Positions 35,400 to 49,969 of a stretch of 64,000 bases of DNA are shown here, in pieces. Each line of letters starts with the position of its first letter. Positions within the stretch are counted from its first letter, which is position 1. Under the pieces are notes generated by a model. It was not told where the DNA came from. It saw nothing but the letters and a program-made list of their open reading frames with translations, and did not search any database. Location of the stretch: assembly GCA_965649765.1 (NCBI GenBank), contig OZ287752.1, positions 54,498,001-54,562,000 of the forward strand, written 5' to 3'. The position numbers and the translations under genes were made by a program. The DNA comes from Bispira polyomma (taxonomy: Eukaryota).

Positions 35400-38300
35400 T
35401 ATAATTCTAAACTAATTTAAAGGAAAATTCAATTTTTTTATCTCATATTTTCAGCTATTTACTGTACTAAAATCAGGAAGTACATTTATCCTGCCCTATC
35501 TCTTTTAAGACCCCTCTCTTCTGTCTTTCTGGGGGGTATTGAAATGGAAAGATTTGCAGTACCCAAACCCAGTGGCATTAATAGGTCTAAAGCCCCAACT
35601 CAAATTGAGATAGAGTGTCCTGTGACGGTTTGATCCCCTCACTTGTAAAGTTCAAATAGCTGAAACTTGTGACTTGCAACTGCAACTATCTTACTGTGGG
35701 TGATTTCAGCTTTGCCTACCTGAGCATTTCTGGTGTAGTTGTTGTATTTGTCGTTCTTGATATTTGGTATTACATTAGAAAATATATAAGGAAAATAGCA
35801 CTCAGTAGAGTGCAAACCTCAACCAGGGTGGTCCAAAATCCTAAATAGGGATGTGATTTACTTAGTTATAGACCTAAACCCGCCTGAACTCAGCCATCTC
35901 AATAGTATAATGCAAAGTAGATCAATAACTTATTTGAACAAATCACCCATTTCTTAGTAGTTCTTAGTAAGATTAGGTAAACTCTCATATATATTGAATA
36001 CTCTGTTCAAGATTTGATGACTTCTGTCTTACCCCACTATAGGATTTAACCAAAATTAGTTGAGCAGTATTTGTGTAATGATGCAGAAATTTTGGTCTTA
36101 CTGAACTTCAGTTATCCTACAGGGTTATTTCTCACTTATTGGCCCGGTGGTGCCTTGGTGGAGTGAACCACTAACAAAATTTGTCCTAGACTTTCACAAA
36201 TGTTTTGCATAAAATCTGTGATTACCTCAGTGAGATTGTGGTGGTCCAGCCAAACGCAGAAAAATAAAGTATGGATCAGTACAAAAAATGATGAGAATAT
36301 GGAAAAATTGTAATCTGGCACCATTCACCTTATTTTTTGTGTGTACAGATTTGGTAAGGTGTTTGTGGATTCCCTAACGGTGGCCCTGAAATTTAGTAAG
36401 ATGCTACTACTGATAAAACGAATAAATGGTGAATCACAGCAACTTGTAAGGACAGACTAAGGTATATCTCCATGGTTTCCTAAAGCATATATTTTATTAG
36501 GATACCAGCATTTGTTTTCTTGCACATTCACCACTCGGGTTGTGACCTAATTGCTTGCAAGTATTATCCTATATGGTGAAGTTTAAGTTACTTCTTTGAC
36601 CTTGCAGTGTGTGAAAGGTCACGTTATATGAGTAGGGTAAGTTATGAAGCTGCTGCTTCTATATGCAACTTTCTATATGTGTCATTTGAAGGTTTAAGTA
36701 AAAGTGACCAGCAATCTGTATCTGTTAGGTGATTGGTTAATGTAGAGTAATCAATTGGTTGGCAAGCAATTTTACCTTAAAGCTCTATATTTTAGTTACT
36801 GAGGTGCCATTCCACTATTATTACAACCTTAGCAATCAGTAAAAAATTTGCTTTCAATCCCAAGTCCAACTATCATGGTTTTAAAACCAGGTTGATTGTG
36901 GTTTTAAAACCATAAATTGCCTTGACCGGGCCTCCAAGCCATGGATACAACCCTTGTGAAACCATGGAGCCCCCTAATGATCACAGGCAGATGGCTTCCA
37001 CGCTGGAAATGTTGGGCATGCTCAAAACTGCTTTGGATCTTTCACGGTGAATCGTATCAATGATTAACCACAGTGATACACACTGATTAGCCCTAATCGC
37101 AGTCACAAACCTCATCAACCCAAATTAACCATGATTGGTCTGGGTAAAGTCTGTGTTGCTGTTGTCTCAAATGTACAAGCATTTGTCTTACTTTATGACA
37201 CCCCCGTGACACCCTGATTTACCAAGGTAAGCCTGGTAAACCCTGACTGGCAAAACCATAGATCAACCCCTCATTTGACCCTCTATATCCATTCCCACGC
37301 CATCAGAGTTAGTGTACTTTTTAAACGATCTCTCGCGAAAATGATACGCTGTGTATGGTGTGAATGATGGCATTATTGCCAATATGGAAAGTGACTGCAT
37401 TGCTCCCTAATGTAAAGTTGTTGAGGGTTTTTAATCTTTGAATTTTAAGTACTAATCTCAAGTAGCAGTAGTTTAGTATATATTTAGTATTTCTGTCTAT
37501 CTGAACAACAATTCCTTTGCAAAATCCCAAAATTTAGTATTTAGTATATATTTAGTATATCTGTCTATCTGAACCACAATTCCTTTGCAAAATCCCAAAA
37601 TTAATTTATGTCTTCCCTGAGCAATATGTATGAAACTTATGTAAAAACTGTGCTAGGATTTAGCTAAATCTTGATATTTTACCATTTATCCTTCCCGAGA
37701 AGAACACAAGAACAATTCCGTTTTTGTGATTACCAAATCAGTTAATATCTTAACTAAGCAAAACATATCAACCTTTAGACAAACCTAAGCCAGGATTTGG
37801 TTAGAACCATACATCTGGCATTATGTCCTGCCAAGGAATGACATTTAGTAAATCACCAAACCCAACCATTAAACATATGACTGACTTATGTGATATAGAG
37901 TAACACGTGACATGTTAGCAGACAGTGTAATGACTTGAGAGGTCTCTCTACTGACGTGCTAGTGTCATTGTCTTTATGGGATATATATGATATGTGTGGG
38001 AGTTATCAGATGGTTCTTAAACTCATACTCAAAACCCAAAGCTCACATACATAGACTTTCTTATGTAATTGATATAACCTAACCATGTTACCATGAACCT
38101 TTGAGTGAGGCATTCAATTATGCAGTCCAGTTTTAGATGTCTTTATTATACACAGAGATACTGCAGCACATGTAATGATACATTCTTTTCTTAAATTTAG
38201 CACATTTATAAGGACCTTCCCCTTGGGAGATAGGTACGGGATGTTAGTTTATTAGTGTAATGGGGATGGAGACAAAATTGGCCTTGTAAGAAGTTATGTA

Positions 38301-41300
38301 GACAGGCATGATAGACAGTTTGGGATAGCACGAGATATACTGGGCCAGCATCAGTTTTACTGGCAAAGCATTTCAGCATTTTCAAACAGTCAGTTCAGCA
38401 AGTGAAATTAATTGCTAATGCAAAAATATGTCACTTAAAGTTCTAAAATTTGCAATAATATATTTATCAGATATCATACAAGAAAAATGGTTCAGTGTTT
38501 GTCCTACATTTCTTTTGCATACTTCAGGACAAAATAAGCCAGGTATGTAAATACATGTACATGTAACCTAAGACATTGGATGACTTGACTTTATCACTAA
38601 GTCATGTGGTCATCCTGGCCTAGTTGCTAGGGAGTTGGTTGGGTTGTGGATAAGACCCAGGGACTTAAACTGTTAATTTCTGTGGTCATCTAAGCCACTA
38701 TGTGTCTGCCTGTTCCTGCTAGCCCTAGATTGGGATCGTACCCATGTCCTTGGTACTTGTAAGTGAGTGTGTTGCCCGATTAGTATTGTATTATATATAT
38801 TGACATCAGTTTGGAACTCAAACAGTTGTACTTTTTAAGTAGCTTTAAACATTCAGGTACAATGAACTTTTTTAACAAGGTCGCAAGGTAAAATGCTATT
38901 GTTTAATTAATATGGTTAAGTTATCAAGCCTGCAACTTTTAGCAAGGCTAACTGTGCTTATGGTGTGTAGTAAGAGATTTAACTGGTGACCCTTATTGTT
39001 GGCTATTATTGTCATGGTCAATAATCTGAAGAAATGTAACCAGAATTTACTCAGAAACAGATACTTCTGAAACTATAGCCATCGGTCATAGATACATAAA
39101 GATAAATGAATCAGATTCTAACCATGTCTGCGAGATTACTTGTTATCTTGGACTAGTTGATTTATTTGTCTAGAACATTACCTTACAATAACAGTAATTA
39201 AGGTACCAATATCTATCGTAACATAATAATTGACACCAAAATAGATTAAATTAGATATTTATATCTTGCATTGAACAATAATGTTTTAATTGCAGATTTA
39301 AAACTTGACAGTTTTTTTAATTTGTCTGATGTTAATTGGTAAGCTGTTCCAAAGCTTAGGGAGCACTGTATGAAAAAATATTTATCGTTAGATGTTTTGT
39401 GGCTGCTAGCAGCAAAATTAAACAAAATTACAAATCCCATTTACATGAATGTAATTGAGGAATGGTAACATTTTTAAATGTGATTGATAGATTTATCTAA
39501 CACATTTTTACAATATGTTTGGATACAATATATGTTAAATGATAATGAGAAACAATTGATAGATTGCATTGCTTGTCATACAACATCACGTACATACGAA
39601 TGTAGGCTGAGGTAAAATTCTCCAAATAGCTCTGCGAATCCATCCGAAGTATTCAATAATGAGTCTACCTGTTAAAAGCACTGACACACTGTTCTAGTGT
39701 ATGCCACTGTCAAGGTCATACATCTATCACATATTGTGGAATATAACACACTAATGATCCTCTAACTGTTGAACTGTCTTAGTCCAAAGTCACAGAAACC
39801 ACTAAGGTCATGGCCACCAGGAAGATACAGAATAGAGTCAGGATGTAACTGGTAAAAACCAGTTTACATCAAACTCAGAGTTCAAAACTGAGAGAAGTGA
39901 ACCCTCCTGGTGGCTATTCTATTGTCTCAGTCACTTATTGTGTACTTATGCGCCATTATTGATGTCAGCTATATCTTCAAATGGACAGCATAAAGCTCAG
40001 GGTATATAAGGTAACACGTAAAGCTATATATGTTACAGCGAATTACATTCAGTCAGTGATTTCGCAAAATCCCTGATACATAATGTACTTTTTACACTTA
40101 TTGAATGGCTTTTAGGGAATTTGTGAAAGACACTAATTTTACTTTCTAGTTAGGAAAATACATTAGAATCCAAAGTGAGCGAATTAATAATAAAGTCATA
40201 AATTATTGTGGGGTAATATGTTTTTAATCATTTTGTGAGTTCAGGAGCATCTGGTTCTGTAGAATACATATGAAACTTTCTGGGAAAAGACATACTTTAA
40301 AATAAAGACTAAATATAAAATTCAACCAGAATATTTGAACATACAGTGAGCATTTGCATGTATTCATTAAAAACTTAATACTCAGGGGACAGTTTTATAT
40401 CAATTTTCCACAATTTTAAGTTACTTTACCATTGGAGCATATGACTACATAAGCATTGCTGGTCATCATAAGACTAATTGTATTATCACATCTTGGCCAA
40501 GGCTATTCATCCCCAATGGTGGCATTACCAGGCACACTAGTGCCACTCAAACGCCAGCCAAGCTTCTAGGCCACTCTGCCACACTTCATGTAGTTTTGTG
40601 ATAGACATGGTTATACTTTTTGTATTTTGCTTTTGTACTGTGAATTTATATGTACACATTGTGAAGAATTTGATGAAAAAGAAAAAAACAAATAAATTCT
40701 ATTTCAGCCTCTAAAATATATCTAACTATGTATAAACAGAACTATGGCAAGTACGCGATGGAGTTATGAATAGCTATTTCCATTCACAGAATTAGGCAAA
40801 ATAAGAAAAAATATTGAGTTTTTTAGTTTTTTGTCTGCGAGTCAATATAGGTTTACTGGTACAGTTCACAAACTAAATTGGCCAGACAATATATTCCATT
40901 ATGCACTGGGAGTTGTAAAAGTGTTTAACAATAAACTTCTGGTATGGGATTATTATCTTATTCATTGAATTTTTAGCATGGGTATTGTAGTAACTTATAT
41001 AGGTTGTAGAGAATCAAATATTATATCTTCGGGAAGACAAATAACTACATTTCTAATAGTTTCATAAAATCAACATATATCATATATTAGCTAAGAACAT
41101 TTTACACACTAAAAACTGATAGAGATATAATACCAAATTTTCAAATAATTAAGCATTTTAAAGTGTCTGATTAAATGGTGCAGACATATGCAAATTGCAC
41201 GGTTATATTATCATTTAATAAATGTACTGCTGTCTAAAAATCTTTCACTTACTTTAATCAGTTGCTGTTTGTTTTTTGTTACAGTAACATGGCGCAAAGT

Positions 41301-41461
41301 TTAGTAATGTGTCAAATTGGACAATTCTGAATCTGTGAGTATACTCCTTCAGATACAGACAAACTGTAAACCAGCTCCTCCAATCATCCTTGTCCTAAGC
41401 TACCATGACTCTCAGAAGCAGTAAGGAAACAAGAGACCACCTGTAGAAGTATTATTTTTAT

Positions 41462-41714
41462 GGGCCGTGGTGGCCTAGTGGTTAGCAAGCATTGCACTTC
41501 ACAATCACTGGTCTCTCACCTCTGGGCGGCGTGAGTTCAACTCCCGTCGATGCCTATGTGGGAAAGGTGGTAGTTCCTTACTGTGGGCCCCTGGTTTAAG
41601 TGCAGAACCTTGACCAACTGTATGCAGTGTTTCCTCCAGCGTTTCCAACTACCCGTCCCAATATAACCTACTAGAAGGTACTAGAGTGAACGTTAAATAT
41701 CTAAATTCAAATTT
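41462..41714 (+). mobile_element. Full-length SINE (unit 2 copy)
   Basis: Copy of 18168-18420. Confidence 0.88.
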
Positions 41715-42691
41715 AAGAGACATATTTTTATCAGAACCATTTATACAGTCCTATAAAGTGACAATGGTCACCATAGGTAGGCAATTGATGTTATTCGATG
41801 GTATAACCTGTATTACATTGCTGGAGGATAGAACCTGGGACTTTCTGATCACATTGCCCAACTCTATATCCACAAGGCTATGGGAGACCTGCGACTAAAC
41901 CATAATATCAACATATATATCCTGGTATATCTTTGACATATATTTTTTGTATATATTTAAATTCAAGAAAGAGTTCTGTTTAAAAGTATTGTGACATTCT
42001 TGGCCATTTAGATAAATATTGAAAACCATTCCGTGGTAATTGAGGTTAAGCATAAATGTGAGTTTAAAACCTTTCCAAAATATGGCCTCTGATAACTTTG
42101 ACCCACTATATCCAAAATACAAAACTGGTTGTTTCAAGTAAAGGTCCAAATGTTCATAAAGTAATGTGAATGATAAAATTTACTCTACATTGATAAAATT
42201 ACTGTTGTGTGGCCTATGTGTATATACATGATTAGAATGAAATTATATTAGCAAGCTAATATATCATTTATTGTAAAATGCGCTTTTATTGGAAAAAATT
42301 ATTATATGCATATATACTAGTTATATTATATAGACATTTCAATGATATCTACTAAAATATAGCACAGAAATGCAACAATAAATAGTATTGGGATGATAAG
42401 GTCAAAATTAAAGGTCAAACAGACTCAAACCGAGGTCAAAGTATGAAAACTGCCGCAAATGGTGTGATCAGGGAATAACAACAGGTAATCATTACAGTGT
42501 GGTTAGAAAGTATATAGCTCAATATAACACTAACACGTGCACGCTTCGACTTCTTTCCTTACGACTTTGCTATATCCATGGACTTAATAATTACATCAAT
42601 GATTCTGTTGTTACGCTTTAGAAGATGCCTAGCATCAATAAAGAGTGTTAAAAATTCATAATAATAGTAATAATCAGAACTAAAACAGAAT

Positions 42692-42749
42692 TTTATTCAA
42701 GATATTTGGAGCATTATACGATTTTATTACATACATTCGGGAATTTATT
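42692..42749 (-). terminator. Candidate polyadenylation signals, copy 2
   Basis: Identical to 19398-19455. Confidence 0.45.
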
Positions 42750-43025
42750 TAGGAAAGTGATATCCTTCTTCAATGATACAAGTAGACTATTCAGGTATAG
42801 AAAGGTCCTTTTAGTGTACTTGTATATATCTACAAATATCTTCAAAACACAACATGCAATAAAACAAATCCAATCTACAGAGAATTACTACTCGTATCAC
42901 ATCGAAGGTTATTTAAGAAACATCCAATTAATTAATTGTGACTTATTGTGCTACTTGATAAAAAATAAAAATAAATATTGATTGGTTTGATGGGTTGAAT
43001 GTTTGTGACCCAGACACCTTACGGT

Positions 43026-43625
43026 TTAGGACATATTGTACTGTATCCTGTCGAAATTGTCTGTCATGAACCTATTCAAGGGAGGCTCCAGTGAGTTAAT
43101 GATCTCCTGAAAGCAAATTTCTGCAGCAACCATATAGCCCTGCAACTTCAACTGTTCACGGATGTAGTAATCAATGGCCAGACATGTAAACACAAAAGAA
43201 CTAATCAAAAATAGCCACATCAAGCGAAATGTTGATTCCTCTGCTGATTTTTTCTGTGACACCACATCCATGCACTGGTTCGCCTGGATAGAGAATTCCA
43301 ATTCCAGGATGTTGCCCCAATCCAGCTTGCATGTGTACAGCTCTTCCGCCTTCCCATGGTGTAACACCCAGATTTTAAACAGTCTTCTGATAAGCATCCA
43401 CAGCCACCCAAATAGGTTGTTGTCACCTCGGCTGTTCCATTCATGTTCGGTCCCACAGGTTAGGCCATATACAAACTTGCCAAGTATTGCCAACACTCGT
43501 CGTTGAAGTATGATTTCACAAGCACGATCGGGTGTATCCTGACTAAATGCATAGTACGAAATCATGCAACCAATTACCACTGCTAAATACCTGAACAGTA
43601 GAAGTTGTTTTCTAGTAAATGTCAT
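43026..43625 (-). CDS. Same orphan membrane protein, copy 2
   Basis: Intact frame. Differs from copy 1 by T48A, I79M, E127K and V200M (track numbering). Confidence 0.75.
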   Translation of the reverse strand: MTFTRKQLLLFRYLAVVIGCMISYYAFSQDTPDRACEIILQRRVLAILGKFVYGLTCGTEHEWNSRGDNNLFGWLWMLIRRLFKIWVLHHGKAEELYTCKLDWGNILELEFSIQANQCMDVVSQKKSAEESTFRLMWLFLISSFVFTCLAIDYYIREQLKLQGYMVAAEICFQEIINSLEPPLNRFMTDNFDRIQYNMS

Positions 43626-43656
43626 CTTCACTTGTGCTACTATGATAATTAAGCAA

Positions 43657-43756
43657 AACTGACACGTATCTATGTAAAATGGTTTTTGTCGTCATAAGTT
43701 TGCAATCATGATGTACACAACGTCACACCATGACGTATGTATCCATTGTGACGTCA
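43657..43756 (-). promoter_or_regulatory. Candidate promoter of copy 2 (one CRE site mutated TGACG>TGATG)
   Basis: Same motifs as 20363-20462, except atcatgatgtac at ~43705-43716. Confidence 0.55.
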
Positions 43757-46700
43757 TTTATGCCTTCTCGTTTATTCTCACATGTGAGGACAATTATAAG
43801 TACATTTGACTATGTATGACTCCATCTGTTGCAGAATTATTCTATGATTAGTAGCAGCATTCAGAATTTTCACCAAGTAGTATGTCGTTGTTGTTTTATA
43901 TTTCAAATATGAACTAGAATCTAGTTTAAGATATTCTAAACATAGAACATATAAAGACGTTTGAACAAAAACAGAACAGGCGATTCAGCTAGAAGATGAC
44001 GTATGTGTTTGTAGTTTGTCCCTTAATATTTAGGAAAGAAATATTGATCACATAAATACATCTAGTTAAGGGATAATGTTGGTGAGTTAGTCAGGTACTT
44101 GCCATAGGTGAGTGGTTTCTTCCGCTATTGAATCTGGCTTTCGTGATATGAGCTAAGCTGTTAAAAGCGACGTAAAACGCAACTAAATTCAAATTCTTAT
44201 ATGTCACTATAATAAATAAAAAATAGTAAAAAATATAATGCAAAATTGCTTTCCACAGAAATAACCATGTTTTGTTATGTTTTCTTTTTCTGAGTCTAGC
44301 CAACTTCCAGTTCCTTTAATCAATGGAATGGAAACTGTCAAAAGTTTAATTCAGGGAAATTGCAGGTTTTCTTAGTGAAAAGTTCCAACAGTAGAAAATT
44401 TAATCTATGGTTTTAGAATGATTACTAAAAATAATTATATGTTTCTCATTAATGGTGTTTATGGATACTTTCAAAGATATTTTGCCATTTAGCCCATTTT
44501 ATAATGCATTCTGTCAGTGTACAAAAAGTAGACCCATTGGTCTGATTGGGTATACTGTTAGTGCATTTTATTGTACTCAGATCAAAGCCTGGGAAATTCC
44601 TAGCTAGTTGTTTTTTGGGATATAATCCACTACAAAACCATATAATCATGACCCCCCCCCCCCCCCAGCCCCCAACCCCCCTCTGTCAGAGAGTAATAAA
44701 TTAAACTACTTAACCAACCACAAGAAAGGCATTAAGTGAATCCTCATAGGTAACATTATGTATCATTGTGGTGTTCTTTTAATTGTGGTTTAATCTTTCC
44801 ATCTATCCAAGCTGTTAATGTACAATGGTAGTATGTAGTACATAGGGTGTATCCAGAGGGTGTCGAGGGTCCAGGCCCCAGAGCCGGGCTCCGGGTCCAG
44901 GAATACCTATCTAGGGGGCAAGGCCCCAGATACAGGGGATGGTCCAGGGGCTGACCAAACATGAATAAAACAGTCAAATTTCAACAATTATGTTAACAAT
45001 ATACTCTAAGAGTGAACGTAAGACCTAGATCCGATACATGGTGTATTTTAGCATATTAACTGTACCCAAGTGTATATTAAAGTTTAAATCATCCTCTTTA
45101 GAGGTATAGTCCGTTACCAAATATACCAAATAGGGGGTAACTCAGCATTGGTAAAATAATGTATTCTCAGTATTTGAATTTAGTTAGGTTTTAGTGTCAC
45201 CTTAAAAAGTTTCGAGTTTATATCAAGATGGTCAGACTTAATGATGGAAGAAACCAGTGCTAAAGCACTTTAAACCACCAGCTTATGGCAAGTACAAACT
45301 TTCCCACATGTTTCTTTGTCAAATGTAATAGGTACACTATTGTACATGGAAAATAACCATTCTGTCACATACTTATTATTAAAAAATTGCATTTTGTATG
45401 TGTAAAACAACAGCTTAAATCTATATAGTTTGGTGTTTTCTTTTCTGAAAATGGAAGAAACAATTGTGTTTTATCTCCAAATATCACAAACCTCCTTTCT
45501 CCTATCAGACTATTCTTTTGCTCATTGTTTGGAATATGCGCCACAGAGGATGCCTGGTCATCAATTGTGGAACTATAGAAGTCAACACATTAACATTAAA
45601 ACATATCTTTCTTTTTGATATTTTGTCCTCAGTTTTTGCCCTTAACTATATGTGTACTCTGATAATCCCATGAGTGTAAAAAAGGCTAATATTGGTACAT
45701 TGTTTTGTTTTACAATTTTAAGCTCCATTGTCAGGCTATCATATTATATAAGTACATTTGTAATACCTACTCATAATTCCTGTCAGAAGGAATCTAGGCC
45801 ATGCATTCATTGGGGATTACCCCACTATCTAACTATATGCATTACATATCATTGACGCCCCAAAAAGGCATCAATTGCCTGAACAATTTTCTTTAAGTGA
45901 GTGTAATAGGATTACCTTACTTTTACACTTGTATGTATTTATGCGGTGGTGCTTTCTAGCTTGTATTATAACAATATGTCCGATAATGCCATGTACAAAA
46001 ATAAAATTCTCTTTTTTTACATTGACCGTATACCAACTTTCAAAATTTCACTATAATTTTTCCCTCATTCTATGATGCATTTTTTCCAGTTTATCCATTC
46101 AATATGGCTGTTACAATTGTTACTTTCAGAGTTTGGTGTTAAATCCTGGGAGGGATTTGTACATATAGCAAAATTATTTTCATTTCTTTTTTTATTAAAA
46201 CAAAAATCATCTCTTTCTACACGATTTGATATGTTAAGATATTAATGTAATCTTTTAATGCAATACAGGTTATATGGCTTATTTAACGATAACAGAACAT
46301 CCATGACGAGGTGACCAAACATGGTTAAATAACAGAAGTCTGCTGGTGTATCCTACAAATATGAAACATTACTTGGCTATTCCTGATCTCACGAGAGGTC
46401 ATTTCTGGGGAGGGGGGGGGGACAATTTCGAAGTTAATTAATTTATTTTAAATAATGCTTTTATATATTACTGTTCAAACATATTTAACTTAAAAAATAA
46501 GTCTGATATGGGAAGAATTTTAAGCAGTACATGTGAGTTTATTTTTGCCTGCAAAATGAGACATTTGTGAGGTGGGTCAATTAACTTCAGATCACCTGCC
46601 CTATCTTTAAAGCCGCCATGCATATGTAGTAATGAAAAAGGTGCTTTCTGTTCATTCTGTTTTTTTAAATAAATGCACATGTAAAAATGAATCACACAAT

Positions 46701-49700
46701 AAATTGAAATTGCAAGGCACAGCAATCAACAACAAAAAGTAAATATTAAGTCAACCACAGACATAGGAAGTTTATTTGGCACCTGCTAGTCTCTGATTTG
46801 CTTTTTATTTCTGGTTACCAGTCACGTGATTAGTAAATAGAATAGTATTTGTGAAGGTCAAACATACGAAGAAAAAAAAGGTCTAGCAGAAATGAAAGAG
46901 AAAAGTATCTATTTAACCCAAATATTGATAATATTTATTTGTGCTTAAGAACATATTTATTTTCTGAATTTCTCTCCCAGGTCACCATTCATATTTCTCT
47001 TTCTATAAAACGTAAACCTGAGTAGACTTTGATTTATTTGTCCTACAAAGTTCTGTATACAAGTCCAGATTACTCCATCAAGTGTTTGACAACCACATAC
47101 ACACAACCACTGTAGGTCCCTAGCACTTCCTTGCACTCATTTGTCTTCACAAACTGGTGAGATCTGACCATGGACAACATTCCTCAGTCGTCGAGTGGAT
47201 TATTTACGCAACTTTTATCTGAGCTCTCTAACTTCTGAGCACTTTACCAGTTACTAGCTACTAAAAAACTACTATATATCGAATCTACAGTTTTATTTTA
47301 TATCAATCAATCTCTTTCTGGTACAATTCTGTAACAGAGTAGTATGCAAAAACAGCTTTACAATTTCTATATTTCTATCTTAACATCACACATTTGGTAA
47401 TATTAGTTTTCAATTTTTATAAACACGTATTTCATGTTTTACATTTATGAGCATTTGACGATAATGATATTTTAGAACATACATTCAAAAGGTAAAAGTG
47501 TATTTTACATGCACAAGCAAAATTCAAACAAAAATATAATATTTAATGGCCAAAAATGTTGATCAAAAGTGTTTTCGTGGTACTATTAAGTTCTAAATCT
47601 ATTTTAAACATCACTAATATTTGCCACAAAAAAACATAGATTTGAAAGAACACTGAAGATAAACATGTACTTTAACAAACATAAATATTTCATGTGTATT
47701 AATTAAATATTAGTCAAATATATATATTTTTTAAAATTTTGAAGCTAAGTAAAGGAAAACAGAGTCCAGATTTGATAAAATTGCCCTACTTTTTGACTGA
47801 TGAACTTGCTTATCAGTTATTACTCATTCAATATCACCTAACATTTCACAACACACACAAGACCCCCCTTTCAGTACACAACCGTGAGAGCCACTTAGTA
47901 ATTCCACCCACCAAGTGAACTGACATTTAATTACCATATAACTTCATAATATTTGGTAGAGAAGCTGAGGTTTTGAATGACAGCTGTAATGAAAGCATTG
48001 AGCTAGGCTTTCACCATTATACAAAAGCTTGAGAAACCTATTTGTCCCAGGTTTATATAGGTTTACATCAACATCATGCTTCTTGTTCATCAACTTTCAG
48101 CAAAATATGCAATCTTTTGGCATTTCCTGTTACATTGCCAAAAAACACCTTCTCTTTCAAAAATATGGAAGTTACAAAGTCAAAATACAAACATACGCAA
48201 AGCTTTACCCAAACATACATTGCTGCATATCAAACGTATAGTGGTTTTTAGCAAATGATGAATGATTAAATTTTGCACAAAATGTGTATGACCAAAGCTT
48301 CCGATATTTGTTAGGGTGTTCTCTACTTGAAAATAGAGTGGCGTTATCCGGTTCCCAAACCTCACCTACTTAGATTACATCCTTATTGTACAGTTATACT
48401 TATACATATATAGTTGTGTCTAAAATGCCATTAATTCTAAGATCCTTTTTAAGATTATTGGAAAATAGTAGACACATATTTCAATCGGAAAGTGCCAGGT
48501 TTAATTTAATTATTGTAAGACTACTTGGGGTTTATACAAATTCATTACGGAACATAACACCATAGCAATATTTTATATGTTTACATATATCATAGACATA
48601 CGCACAAATATACCATATAATATAGACAATGTGTCGAAAAACATGGATGGTTACTACTGATTGTTCAACATGTTTGGTGCTTTTAAAAAAAACTGTATGT
48701 TTTAAAACGTTATCACCATGTGAGTCATAAATCTTCAATATAACCTTACTATTAGTCTTGCTGAACAACAAAAGATTGTTTCAAACATTATAGCTTTGTT
48801 TTACTATATTTCAGAGTTATAATTCATACCACAAGACTCAGTTACTGCTATGGTAGTCATGATGATAATACTGACATACAAGTTAAGAGAAGTAAGTCAA
48901 CTATAACACCTTAGGTAAATGTAAACTATATCTACTAAAACACTTGTCGTCCAGCACAGAATGAATGACAACAATAACTATTTATAATATGTCTGTGAAG
49001 TTCACTGGTATCTGTACATTATCTGAGATCTTGACATATAAAAACCATTCTTATTTCTGTAGACAAGTTTCATTTTTCACATTAGACCAAATGTGCCGCT
49101 ACATGTATTATTTACAATTATGCTTGTTGCCTACTTCTAGTTAAATCTGTATAGAATCATTGCAGTCCACGTGCACCGCCCTCCAAAATGGACGCTATTC
49201 GCCCCCCCCTCCCCCCAAATGACCTACTTATAAAACAGCCCATTGGTTGAAAATATCCCCTGCCTCCCGTTCTTTTAGATGAATGATTTCATAGTCCTGT
49301 CCCTCCAGCATGGCCGCCATTTGTTTATTTCCCCTACTTATATAACAGCCCATAGGTTGAAAATATCGTCTGCCTCCTTTTTTCCAGGCCGGCAGCTTTC
49401 TCAGTCTCTTCCTGTTCCCTATGGACCACTATCTCCACACTTTCTCTGGGTGACAGGTACCTGAGATTGACCACATCTACTGGACAGTTCAGACTGTCTA
49501 GCCTGGCATGTAAACTAGCCTTTCTGGTCTCGGGATTGGGTTGTTTCAAATCCATTCTGCACTTTTTGTTGTACATATTACTATCACCTTTAAGAAGAGA
49601 TAAAACAGCTTTTTCTGTTAACAATATTGTTATAAATTCACAACCACACTGAACAAATATTTTTATACTATACACTTGCAACAGTATTTTGCACAAGTTA

Positions 49701-49931
49701 AATTTTCTTGTAGTTTAATTATATTTTTACGAACAATCCCTGAAACGTTTGTTCTCTAGCATTAAACAAATGTTGTTTTTTTTTATCACAATTGTTTGTT
49801 TAAATAGCTATCTATCTAACTTCTATTTAGTTTATTCTTAAATAAGCTACCTTAGCATAATTTTTACTTTTCCTGGTTGAGCATTGCAAACTTGGACAGA
49901 TTCCCTATAGTGAATATGGGAGTACTATTTA

Positions 49932-49935
<4 letters not shown>

Positions 49936-49967
<32 letters not shown>
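49936..49967. repeat. (AT)16 microsatellite
   Basis: Directly visible; same locus in unit 3. Confidence 0.98.

Positions 49968-49969
<2 letters not shown>

Larger units (their letters stand above)
22832..46109. repeat. Large tandem amplicon, unit 2 (23,278 bp)
   Basis: Near-identical and colinear with unit 1. Carries a 482-bp segment (30367-30848) absent from units 1 and 3. Confidence 0.99.
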
